From positions 2,112,001-2,176,000 of the forward strand of contig CAXXLZ010000002.1 in the NCBI GenBank assembly GCA_963675595.2: DNA of 64,000 nucleotides, written 5' to 3'. The position numbers and the translations under genes are program-made. Each line of letters begins with the position of its first letter. Position 1 is the first letter of the stretch. Under the pieces are notes generated by a model, which was given only the letters and a program-made list of their open reading frames with translations, did no database searches and was not told where the DNA came from. Below are positions 50,067 to 59,950 of this stretch, piece by piece. Source of the DNA: Thermodesulfobacteriota bacterium. GTDB lineage: Bacteria > Desulfobacterota > Desulfarculia > JACQYL01.

Positions 50067-51440
50067 ATGCAGTCGGAACAGGTCGCCAGGGACTTCAGCA
50101 TCTTTCACAACCGAGTGGGCAATTTCAACGTCAAGGGGAAGACGCTGCTCCTTCCCGAGATGAATCCCTTGTCTTCACACCTTTTGGCCGCCGTGTTTCG
50201 GAGCTTCGGCGCCAATGCGGCGGTTATGGAAACCTACGAGGGACTTCAGCTCGGCAAGGAATATACCTCGGGCAAGGAATGTTTCCCCTGCCAGATCACT
50301 TTGGGCGACGTGCTGCATTACCTGAACCGAGAAAAGGAACGACTGGGAAGTGCCTTCAGCGCCCGGGATTATGTGTATTTCATGCCCGGAACCGACGGAC
50401 CCTGCCGTTTCGGCATGTACAACAAGTTCCAGAGAATCGTTCTGGACACTCTTGGAGAGTACAAAGACGTTCGGATAGCGGCTATTTCCACCAAAGACGC
50501 TTATTCCATAGGGAACCTGATCGACGCGGACAAGAGCCGATCGTTCCGCAAGGCGGCATACTGTTCCGTGGTCATTGGAGACATATTGGAAAGGGCGCTC
50601 TGGAGAGTCCGGCCTTACGAAACCCGAAAGGGCTCGGCCACGGAACTCGCTTACCGGGGCCGACGCTATCTGGAAGCCAAGCTGTTGGAACACTCGAAGG
50701 ATTTGAAGTTCGGCCCCGTGTTCAGAGCATTGGATGAAGTGGTCGCCGAGATGTCCAAACTTTCGGACACGCATAGAGATGCCAAACCGTTGATCGGCAT
50801 CGTCGGCGAGATATACGTTCGAACTCACGTACGTTCCAACCAAAACCTGATTGAAACGCTGGAACGTTACGGGGCTGAGGTGGTCAACGCGTCTCTGGCC
50901 GAATGGATCAACTATACCACCTACGATAAGCTGCGCACCGAAAAGAAGACCTTGACGCATCAGCTCCGCACTCGGGATTTCCCGGCTGTCGCCCGCTCGT
51001 TCAAAGGACTTCTCAACCTCGCCGGGGACATGTTGTATCAGGACTTCCGGCACCAACAGCTGTACCGAAGGACCAAGAACCGCTTCGATATCCACTCCGA
51101 TCATCGCGTGGCCAAGTTGGACAAACGTCTCCAGCGATCCGGACTGTTCAGTTTCGATATCGGCGGAGAGGCTTGTCTCAGCATAGCGGGCGCGGTGGAA
51201 TACATGGAACATGGTTTCAACGGCGTCGTGAACGTGTATCCGTTCACGTGCATGCCGAGTACGATCACCTCGTCCGTATTGAAGCCCTTGTTAAGCCGAT
51301 TGCGGTTTCCTTACCTCGACGCGCCTTATGACGGCACCTACCAACCGGGCCGGGAGGCGGCCATCAGGACCTTCATGTACCAGGCGCGGCAGCATTTCGA
51401 CAGGACCCGAAACGGTAACGGGCGTCTCGGGTCCGACTGA
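50067..51440 (+). CDS. CoA-activase-associated protein
   Basis: GKECFPC, GPCRFGMY, IVGEIYVR, PFTCMP. Confidence 0.82.
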   Translation: MQSEQVARDFSIFHNRVGNFNVKGKTLLLPEMNPLSSHLLAAVFRSFGANAAVMETYEGLQLGKEYTSGKECFPCQITLGDVLHYLNREKERLGSAFSARDYVYFMPGTDGPCRFGMYNKFQRIVLDTLGEYKDVRIAAISTKDAYSIGNLIDADKSRSFRKAAYCSVVIGDILERALWRVRPYETRKGSATELAYRGRRYLEAKLLEHSKDLKFGPVFRALDEVVAEMSKLSDTHRDAKPLIGIVGEIYVRTHVRSNQNLIETLERYGAEVVNASLAEWINYTTYDKLRTEKKTLTHQLRTRDFPAVARSFKGLLNLAGDMLYQDFRHQQLYRRTKNRFDIHSDHRVAKLDKRLQRSGLFSFDIGGEACLSIAGAVEYMEHGFNGVVNVYPFTCMPSTITSSVLKPLLSRLRFPYLDAPYDGTYQPGREAAIRTFMYQARQHFDRTRNGNGRLGSD

Positions 51441-51794
51441 AACGGATTCGTACATTTTTTGGGGTGGATTCGGGAAAACCTTCGTCCATGGAAGGAGTCA
51501 ACCTCCCCTCAGGACCTGTCTCAGCGGGTTGCCTCACCTCGGATGTGAGGTATGAAACCGAGCATGATCTTGAGCACTGCGGCACCGCAACCACCCTCAC
51601 TTTCATCACCCGGTACGCGCCCCTCTCCAACCACCGCCGGCTCGGAAGGATTGGAGAGAATGCAGGGAACGAACCCGAGGAAACGGGTTCGTGCTTGAAA
51701 GATTATCGAAATTATTCTCCGACACCGCTCACAGCCGACGAACCGCACCGGCGGGGGTTCGTCCGGATGAGCCGGTTTCGCAAGGTGAAAACCA

Positions 51795-53282
51795 ATGGCC
51801 AAGAAAATGTTGATCAACGCCATCGACCCTGAAGAGTGTCGCGTGGCCGTCATGGAGAATAATCTCCTGGAGGAATTCTACTTGGAAAGCTCCTCCACCG
51901 AACAACTCAAAGGAAACATCTACAGAGGACGGGTCTCCAATATCGAACCCAGTCTGCAGGCCTGTTTCGTCGACTTTGGAGACCCTCACGACGGTTTTCT
52001 GCAAATCGATGAGATTCACCCTGAATACTTCCAGGAACACGACGAAAGGACTGCCAAGCGTGGTGAAATCAAACGCCTGATCGAGCCGGGCCAGGAATTG
52101 CTGGTCCAGGTCGTGAAGGACGCTTCAGGTCAGAAACGCCCCACTCTAACCACTTACCTCAGCATCGCGGGCCGCTACACGGTGCTCATGCCGGGACGCA
52201 CCAGTGGAGGCGTCTCACGCAAAATCGAAGATGAAAAGGAACGGGAACGTCTAAAGGAAATCCAGAAGGAACTGCCCGTTCCCGAAGAAATCTCCATCAT
52301 TCTTCGCACCGCCGCTTCCGGGAAATCCAAACGGGAACTGCTGCACGAAGGCAAAACCGTATTGCGCCTTTGGGAAGAAATCCGCCAGAGAGGCCAGGAA
52401 GCGGTGGCGCCCGCCTTGATCTACAAAGAACAGGACCTTGCCATTCGATTTATTCGTGATCATTTTTCGCCGGAAATTAAGGAAATCATTATCGACGACA
52501 AGGAAATGTATAGAAGAGCCGTTGAATTCATCAAGATCATCTCCCCTCGGCAAAGAAACCAGGTCAAACTGTACAAGGGCAAGGAACCGCTTTTTGCCAG
52601 GTACAATCTGGAAAACCAGATCGAGTCCATCTTCCAGAACCGGGTATCGCTCAAGTCCGGCGGCAGCATCGTCATCGCCCCAACCGAGGCCTTGATTTCG
52701 GTTGACGTCAATTCGGGGAAAGCCACTCGGGAACAGGACCTGGAGGAGACGGCGTACAAGACCAATCTGGAAGCGGCGGAGGAAATCGTCCGTCAACTCA
52801 GGCTACGCGATTTGGGAGGGTTGGTGGTCATTGATTTCATCGACATGCGCGACGCCCGGCATCGAAAGGAAGTTCTGAAACGACTCAGGGACAGCCTGAA
52901 AAAGGACCGCGCCCGAACCCGAAGTTCGGGAATCTCCAAGTTCGGACTCGTGGAGCTGTCTCGGCAGAAAATGGGCCTTCCTCTCCAACAGAGGACCTAT
53001 GTGAACTGCCCGACCTGCGGGGGTAAAGGCGTTGTCAAGACGCCGGTGGGGGTGGCCCTGGACCACCTCCGTAAGATTTGGCTCACCGTAAGTTCCAACC
53101 AATTGAGCGAGCTCTCCGTCCGCCTTCCCGTGGAAGTGGCCACTTATCTCCTTAATCAAAAACGTCACGTTCTGTCCGAGCTCGAAAGCAAGCACAACGT
53201 TTCCATTCGCATTTTGCCGGAGCCGTCCTTCGCTCATGGAGATATCGACCAGGAAGCCTCAAAGAAGGAGTCCGGACAATAG
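51795..53282 (+). CDS. Ribonuclease E/G family
   Basis: KGNIYRG, FVDFG, VDVNSG, LRDLGGLVVIDFIDM, CPTC. Confidence 0.93.
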   Translation: MAKKMLINAIDPEECRVAVMENNLLEEFYLESSSTEQLKGNIYRGRVSNIEPSLQACFVDFGDPHDGFLQIDEIHPEYFQEHDERTAKRGEIKRLIEPGQELLVQVVKDASGQKRPTLTTYLSIAGRYTVLMPGRTSGGVSRKIEDEKERERLKEIQKELPVPEEISIILRTAASGKSKRELLHEGKTVLRLWEEIRQRGQEAVAPALIYKEQDLAIRFIRDHFSPEIKEIIIDDKEMYRRAVEFIKIISPRQRNQVKLYKGKEPLFARYNLENQIESIFQNRVSLKSGGSIVIAPTEALISVDVNSGKATREQDLEETAYKTNLEAAEEIVRQLRLRDLGGLVVIDFIDMRDARHRKEVLKRLRDSLKKDRARTRSSGISKFGLVELSRQKMGLPLQQRTYVNCPTCGGKGVVKTPVGVALDHLRKIWLTVSSNQLSELSVRLPVEVATYLLNQKRHVLSELESKHNVSIRILPEPSFAHGDIDQEASKKESGQ

Positions 53283-53497
53283 GCTCCACTGCAGAGAACA
53301 TAGAACCTGTATTCGCGGAAGAAGAAGGTGTGAACCGATTGTGTGATCCGATGGAAGGAATGTTCCGCGCTCCCGTGCGCGAGAGAACGATGCGGAGTGA
53401 AAATTCCTGTTTTGGTTCGATATTTTCTGTGGTACAGTAGAACAATCGACTCTGTCTGAGCGGGTGACTCGTTTCAGCTCGAACAAAAGGAGACCGC

Positions 53498-53776
53498 GTG
53501 AATAAGTCACAACTGGTCGAAAAATTGGCCAAAGATGAGGGACTCACGATTCAGGCGGCCGAATCGGTGGTCAATCAGTTCTTCGGAGAGATCGAAACAG
53601 CGTTGATGCTGGATGAACGCGTGGAGATTAGAGGCTTCGGCAGTTTCAAAGCCAAGCATTACGAAGGTTATACGGGGCGCAATCCCAAGACCGGAGACCC
53701 CATCCGGGTACGGCAGAAACGCCTGCCCTTTTTTAAGCCGGGAAAAGACCTGAAAGAGCGGGCCGACGTTATGTAA
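53498..53776 (+). CDS. ihfB: Integration host factor beta/HU family
   Basis: RVEIRGFGSF, GRNPKTG, PFFKPGKDLKER. Confidence 0.85.
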   Translation: MNKSQLVEKLAKDEGLTIQAAESVVNQFFGEIETALMLDERVEIRGFGSFKAKHYEGYTGRNPKTGDPIRVRQKRLPFFKPGKDLKERADVM

Positions 53777-54246
53777 CCGTCGGTGAGCCCGGAAGGCCGT
53801 CAAGAAAGAGGGTGACGTCCGGTGTCCGCCGGGGTCGTACGTCCCTCGGCCGGAGTCCTTTGTCGTATTCCGAACAGGCGTCCGATGTCGCGCCGAGGCG
53901 CTTCCCGTTTGGTCACACATCTTCCCCCTTACAACGAAGCATGTTTGGAATCATGATCGAGGCTCCGTGAGCTTCGCTATACCTCTTTGTTGATCCGCCC
54001 GGTTCCGTAAACGCTCTCGTCGATCCATGTCCGCACTGTTAAGGCTCCCTTCACAAGAGCTCCCGATCAAATCGGCGATCCCGTCCACCGAAGGCCTAAG
54101 GCCTCACGTTAAGGGGCCCCGTCGCGAGCGCTCCCCAATGTGAACCCCACGCCCCGGCGGTATCGTGCCGCTTTGGATACCACCGGAGCGCGGGCCGACG
54201 ACTTGTCGGACGATCATTCGAGAATGGGCATGGAGCCCGTCCGGCC

Positions 54247-55566
54247 TCAGAAGTTATAAATCGTGCTGATCTGCAGACGGTTCTCGTGGTTTTCGCCTTC
54301 AATGGAATCCGTATCGAAGAAGGAAACCTGGAGCCTCGTCTGTTTGAGCAGACGATATGTTACTCGCCACTTGTGGCCCTCGCGATTCGTTCCGTAGAAA
54401 TCACCGTCCGAGAACAGACCCAGGACCGAGTCCGACTCGATGTGTTTGTACATATATTCGAACTTCCACTCTCCCTGCTTTTTGTCCGAGCCGAAGTCGA
54501 TCCCCGTTCCCCAGGCGGTATCCCGATCATCCGGAACGTCTTCCGCCGTGTTCACCAAGTAGTCTCCCCACAGCCGCAGCGGGAAACCCGCCACCTTGAA
54601 CTTGCAGTCTCCTATGACTTCAGCGACCTTGAAATCATAGGCAAGAATGGAGCTGCCGGACTCATCGGTAACCGTGGTGTTTCCTTTGGCACGGTCCGAT
54701 TGCCCCAGTCTGCTCTTCTCCAACTCGCTATAGTCGTAATAGCTTCCGGCAAGACGCACCTCCACCGGAGCCACATTCACGTTCACGCCCGCTTGCCAGA
54801 GCACCAGCATGGCATCCTTGTCGAGGTTGCTTTCCGTGATGAACATCTGCCCCAACTTCGCGAAAGGCTGCACCGTGTTCCAACCTTTGTAGGTATACAG
54901 CTCATAGAAACCTTCGGGGTTCACGTCGGGGTCCCAGGTGATGTCGCTGTGAAGGAAGGGATTCTTGAATTTTCCGAATCCCAGTTCAAACCCGTCGAGC
55001 CAATCGGGTCGATAGTCGCTCCAGGCTCTGGCGATGAAGACGGCCTTGTTGTCGAATTCATCCTTCAAAGTCTGGTTGCTGGTTTGTCCGAGCTGACTGT
55101 CGCTGGTGCTCAACATATAGTGAACGGCGATTTCGTCCGTAAGGTCGGAATCACCATACAGCCTTAACCGGATCCGGAATCGATTCCGGTCGTCGATGTC
55201 CTTCCCCTTGCTTTCGCGCGCGTACATCCCCTCGTAACGTAGGCGCAGGTCACCGGAGATTTTCAGCTTCTTGGCCCATTCCAAAGGTTTGATGGACTCC
55301 TGAATTTCGGACTTCACCTGTTGTATCTGCTGCTCTTGAGCCGCTCGCTCTTTCTGTTGGTTTTCACCATAATCCTGCAATTGTTGCTTAAGCCGCTCGA
55401 TCTCTTCCTGCTGCCGCTGAACCGTGGACTGCAACTGCTCGATTCGATCAAGGACGGAGTTGATGTCCGGGGGGGCCGCGATCGCCGGCGAGCTGTTTAA
55501 TGAAACAGCCAACCATGCGCAGAGCAAGACAAGGGAACCTGATATTCGAACAACCCTGAAACTCAT
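54247..55566 (-). CDS. Putative porin with N-terminal coiled coil
   Basis: Signal peptide, GDLRLRYE, RFRIRLRL, WDPDVNPEG, C-terminal YNF. Confidence 0.82.
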   Translation of the reverse strand: MSFRVVRISGSLVLLCAWLAVSLNSSPAIAAPPDINSVLDRIEQLQSTVQRQQEEIERLKQQLQDYGENQQKERAAQEQQIQQVKSEIQESIKPLEWAKKLKISGDLRLRYEGMYARESKGKDIDDRNRFRIRLRLYGDSDLTDEIAVHYMLSTSDSQLGQTSNQTLKDEFDNKAVFIARAWSDYRPDWLDGFELGFGKFKNPFLHSDITWDPDVNPEGFYELYTYKGWNTVQPFAKLGQMFITESNLDKDAMLVLWQAGVNVNVAPVEVRLAGSYYDYSELEKSRLGQSDRAKGNTTVTDESGSSILAYDFKVAEVIGDCKFKVAGFPLRLWGDYLVNTAEDVPDDRDTAWGTGIDFGSDKKQGEWKFEYMYKHIESDSVLGLFSDGDFYGTNREGHKWRVTYRLLKQTRLQVSFFDTDSIEGENHENRLQISTIYNF

Positions 55567-55749
55567 GGATACCTCCTATTGAACGAGAAGATGCCGGCGT
55601 ACATGGTACGTCCCATGACTGTGATTTATTTCACAATACTGACAAATGTCCTCCTTTCCGGCTGTTATGGAAATGCCTTTCCGTCGGCTGTGTGCGTCGG
55701 GGATTCCCGACGCTTCACAGTCGTTTATCGATGGATTTCGACTTGGGGG

Positions 55750-55765
55750 AGCAAGGCGCGTGCCA
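55750..55765 (-). promoter_or_regulatory. Sigma54 promoter upstream of the porin
   Basis: TGGCACGCGCCTTGCT matches the TGGCAC-N5-TTGCW consensus. Confidence 0.75.
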
Positions 55766-55926
55766 TATCCGGTTCAGAGTTGGGCAAACGTAATACTTTG
55801 ATCTCACTTGATATTGTCCAGACAAGCCTCACAAGTGTCGCCCGCCGCATTGCCCGCCCCGGCGGAATTTTTTACAACCTGTAACGAAAACCGGCTCCCC
55901 CTTCCCTTGGTATCGATCCACAGACT

Positions 55927-58900
55927 TCAGGCGGCTCGAAACTCCTCACCGGACGACTCCCCCGATTCCACATCCTTCCGTCCACTTGCCGCGCCCACAT
56001 CGTGACATCCCGGCAATTCCCCGGGCACCCGGCCACCGCCGCCGACCCCGACAGGTTCGACCTCTCTTGTAGGCGGCGGTACCGAATCCACCAAGCGCCC
56101 TATGGCATTCAGATAACTTTCCGACCGGTCCAAATAGAATGCCAGAGGGCGAGCGAAATTCTTCCCCACCAAGCCGTTGATCAACAGCAAGCTGACTTCA
56201 CGTTTCCGCTGCAGGAGGGCCTGCGAAGTTAACAGAATCTCCCGCTCCTCATCCGACAAGCCTGCGATCAACGCGCGAAGGGCCGTGTGAGCCCTGGGCT
56301 GGTACATCCAGAAATACAGCATGTCCAGGGCGTTCACGATGACGATCTTCTCCAAGTCCCTGATTTCCGCGTTTCGGCGATGACCGTTCTTTGCTGCGGA
56401 TTTCAGCAAATCGGAAGCCTGATCCTCGGGGAAGAGCATCTCCAATCGTGCATACACATCGAACAATTCGGCCAGTTTGGTTCCGTAATCCCGAAGCCTG
56501 AGCCGCACGTTGACGTACCGATCCGCCGTGCCTTCGATAACGCCCGCCACCAAATCGGAGGCCCCTTTGGAAATGATGGCCGCCCATCTTTGCAGCACGG
56601 CGTCAACAGCGGCCGTTCCAGCGAAGGCTAAAATGCTCCCCGCCGCTGAGTTGATCACCACTGCAATGGGAATCGACAGAACGCTCCTGAAGAAATTGCC
56701 GACAGCCGCGCTTTTCGGCAGTCCCCTGAAGAGATTGTGTGCGGATAGGTAGCAGCCGTTGGCCAAAGCCATTGCCGCATACATGAGAACCGGACCGGTG
56801 CTTGTGTTGACGCCGAAAGTCCCGTCAAGAAGCCGGGTTTTGACGACATAATCCAGGAGGGGGACCGAGAACCCGGTGAACAGCAGAGAGTCGGTAATTC
56901 GCTCCCAACTCACGTAATCGTTCCAGCGTAAGAGAGAGGAACTTCTGATACCGCCGCCGCCCAGAACCGACTGAAGAACGTTTCGAATTCCCGTAATACC
57001 AAACCATATGGGAGCACCGAGATAGGCCAACAGCCACCAATCCTTGGTCAGCAGGAACGTGGCGAAGGCGGGGATGAAACCGACCGCCACTTTGATCAGG
57101 TTCTTTATCCCGGTATTCAAATACCGCGGGCCGGGGACACGGCTTCTACTCAAGCGAGGCGCCTCAAGATCGAATCCGTTGGTTGATCCGGCGGTAATGC
57201 CCCCAAGTGTGATTACATTGCCCCGGCGTACCAATTGAGCCGAATCTTCGGCTTCCGACCAGTCTTCCTTCTTTTCGTAACCCAGGAATGCGGGAAGGGG
57301 AAATCGCCTGAGCAAACCCGGCACACGATCACCGACTCCGCCGCCGGAGCGGCGAGGTACATAAGTCACGCGTTTGAGGGCCTGAATTCGTATCGGAATG
57401 ATTTCACGGCCGGTCCCACGAAGCATTTCTTCTCCTCGCAGCCGCCCGCCTGGAAGCGTTTCGAGCACGGCGAGCCCCATGCCGTGAAATCCGGGCATCC
57501 GGCCCGTGGAATCACTGCCGATACGGGCCTTCAACTTCCTCGCAGCATACATCACCTTGAAGGCGCCGATGTCGTGCAGGATCACTTTGAGCTTCCCGAT
57601 GCGTTCTTCGTGTCCTTGCACGCCGCGTTTTTCGACCTTTTCAAGGGCGGCGGTTATAATCCTTTTGAGTTTGACCGCATTCCCTTCATTCAAGGCTTGT
57701 TGAAGCGCATTGATCTGTGGAATGTCCTCCATGCGCCCGCATCGATAGTCTTTCAGATTGAACAGCTCGAGGCGGCTGATCAGACCCCGGCAATCGTACA
57801 GAATTTCGATGACGTCTTCGATCCGAAGATTCGTGAGATTCAGCGTGATCCTGAAAGCCGAATGCAGTTGTCTCAACCGCTCGATCAATTCGTGAGGGCC
57901 GAGACTCGGGAACTCGGACTCACCCTCGGAGGAACCCGATTGGGAATGCACCGCCGGACCGGAGGAAACGAGGAATTGCTCCATAATGGAATAGGCGTCC
58001 AGCCTGTTCATCTCCTCCACTTGACGAATGATGGTGCCGCGTTCTTCCCGGCTTGCGGCTTGATAAAGCGTTCTCAGCCGTTCAAACCGAGCACGCAACA
58101 GAGGCAGAAGCGACGCATGAATGTATTCCGCCAAATGCAGTTCCGATGCCTGACCCGTTCCGACGAAGGCGGAGAACGCCTCAGGGGACAACGGCGGCAA
58201 ATCGACTCCGTACCTGCGGTTGATTTCCGGCCTGTGCCGGGTGTTGAATTCGTTGAGCAAGTTGATGATGTGCGTCGTTCGACGGTCGGAAACGCGACGT
58301 CCTTCCTCCATGAACGAGGTAACGGTGTCTTCGGCGAGGAAACAAAGGAAGGCCTGGGTGTCGGGGAAGCCCCGTGGAACCCAGATGAGCTGGATATGTT
58401 TATCGTGAAACCGCGCCTTGAATTCTATCCCGATCTTGACCGTGACCCCCATGATACGAGCGGCTTCGAGTAGTTCGACCGCGAATTTGGGCTCCAGGTA
58501 GTTGTAGTAGATCACCCGAATTCGCCGAATCCCCTTGATCCAGGCATCCATGATCAGGTGGCTTGAAGATTTCCGCCCTTTGGTGTTGACGTCGTGGACA
58601 TGATCGTCAAAGGACAACTGATTCCACGCTTCAGGCATTTCGAGCAGATGATACTTCTCAAGGAACCTCCTGATGATTCTGGGTTTTCCCCCGGCCGCGA
58701 CACGGAAATCATGGGCGAGTTCCAATTCCTTCCGCTCTTCTCCCGTGGTTCTGACCAAGTCCTTCATGATTTGCAGAAGCACCCTTGCCGTGTTCTTGGG
58801 CATGGGCCCCAATGCGGCATGCACCACTTCGTCACGGAGAATTCCGAGAGCGGCGAGACGGTCGTCCACTGCCCCGGCTTCTAAGGAATGAAGAAGATGA

Positions 58901-59076
58901 GCGGCGGCGTAGGCGATGCGCAACCCCTTGGTTTCGACCATTTCCTTAATGCCGTGGGGATGCAGATGGGGATAAAGAAGGCGCCGATCCGCCTCCCGGG
59001 ATTTGCTCCTCGCCCGAACATCGTTCACGATGTTGAGAAGTTGTCGGTCTCGCTTATCGAAATATAGGCTCGGCAT
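55927..59076 (-). CDS. Large uncharacterised protein with PHP-like motifs and C-terminal membrane segments
   Basis: DDHVHD, IGIEF, IGSDSTG; hydrophobic helices in the last third. Confidence 0.75.
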   Translation of the reverse strand: MPSLYFDKRDRQLLNIVNDVRARSKSREADRRLLYPHLHPHGIKEMVETKGLRIAYAAAHLLHSLEAGAVDDRLAALGILRDEVVHAALGPMPKNTARVLLQIMKDLVRTTGEERKELELAHDFRVAAGGKPRIIRRFLEKYHLLEMPEAWNQLSFDDHVHDVNTKGRKSSSHLIMDAWIKGIRRIRVIYYNYLEPKFAVELLEAARIMGVTVKIGIEFKARFHDKHIQLIWVPRGFPDTQAFLCFLAEDTVTSFMEEGRRVSDRRTTHIINLLNEFNTRHRPEINRRYGVDLPPLSPEAFSAFVGTGQASELHLAEYIHASLLPLLRARFERLRTLYQAASREERGTIIRQVEEMNRLDAYSIMEQFLVSSGPAVHSQSGSSEGESEFPSLGPHELIERLRQLHSAFRITLNLTNLRIEDVIEILYDCRGLISRLELFNLKDYRCGRMEDIPQINALQQALNEGNAVKLKRIITAALEKVEKRGVQGHEERIGKLKVILHDIGAFKVMYAARKLKARIGSDSTGRMPGFHGMGLAVLETLPGGRLRGEEMLRGTGREIIPIRIQALKRVTYVPRRSGGGVGDRVPGLLRRFPLPAFLGYEKKEDWSEAEDSAQLVRRGNVITLGGITAGSTNGFDLEAPRLSRSRVPGPRYLNTGIKNLIKVAVGFIPAFATFLLTKDWWLLAYLGAPIWFGITGIRNVLQSVLGGGGIRSSSLLRWNDYVSWERITDSLLFTGFSVPLLDYVVKTRLLDGTFGVNTSTGPVLMYAAMALANGCYLSAHNLFRGLPKSAAVGNFFRSVLSIPIAVVINSAAGSILAFAGTAAVDAVLQRWAAIISKGASDLVAGVIEGTADRYVNVRLRLRDYGTKLAELFDVYARLEMLFPEDQASDLLKSAAKNGHRRNAEIRDLEKIVIVNALDMLYFWMYQPRAHTALRALIAGLSDEEREILLTSQALLQRKREVSLLLINGLVGKNFARPLAFYLDRSESYLNAIGRLVDSVPPPTREVEPVGVGGGGRVPGELPGCHDVGAASGRKDVESGESSGEEFRAA

Positions 59077-59950
59077 GATCGGGCGTCCTTTTCAACGGCG
59101 GCTTCGAAAGGTGAGCCGCACGAATAACTCCATGGGATGTTGCCGGATTCATGCCGGCCTGCGGATAAGTGAGCGAAGGTGATTTCAATAGTTAGAACAG
59201 CATGTTGGATAAACAACGGTATCGGTCGCGTTCGGAAGAACGTACCGCTTTTTTACATGTTGTCAATTTTTCGTAACATATGGGAGATGTGTGGGTGGGA
59301 GCGGCCGGCAAGCCTCACTATACGGTCTTTCCAAAAGACTCGATCACGTCCCTTGCGTCAAAGATGAAAGCGAACCCTGACTACGCCCGACGGATTGAGC
59401 GGGATATCGAATTCGAGAAACGGGAGATCAAGTTTTCGAAGACACAGGGAAAGCTCCCCAAGAAAAGCCGGGGAGATTCGGAAGAGATCATCCAACGTAT
59501 CGTATCGATCCTCAGGATTCTTGAAACCGAAGGACCGGCGTCTTTCGCAGGAGCCAAGATCGCAAATAAGCTTGTCTCGATTGCGGGTTCGGAACATAAT
59601 ATCGAAAAACGGCTCAAGAACCCCGAATTTGCCGATTCGAATCTTGAAGAACGTCCTACCGGACATCTGAACCTTTTTCTCACATACGGTCCCGGCCGGG
59701 GGCGAAGAAACAACCCCTGTCGGTTTCGGCGGGCTTTCTTGACACCGTTCGTGGCGTATATCCTGCAAAATCGGTCGTCGGACCGACTGTATTTCGGCCG
59801 GATACATAACTCGGAATCCTGGATTTCCCTATAGGACAATGCTCAAGACGGCTTGGCCAAGACCATCAAACGCTTCCCAGGCATATGCCGGTGGTGGATG
59901 CAGTGGTCCAAAGGCGATTGCGGAAACGTTTTAAGGAGTAACGACGGACC

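Noticed and set aside
53777-54246. Intergenic region as a possible tRNA, selC or ncRNA
   Set aside because: No cloverleaf or recognisable RNA motif seen; no sel genes found anywhere in this window.
59280-59834. 184-aa ORF before hsdM
   Set aside because: No recognisable motif or clear RBS and overlapping ORFs on both strands; may be a remnant at the island edge, but it cannot be supported.
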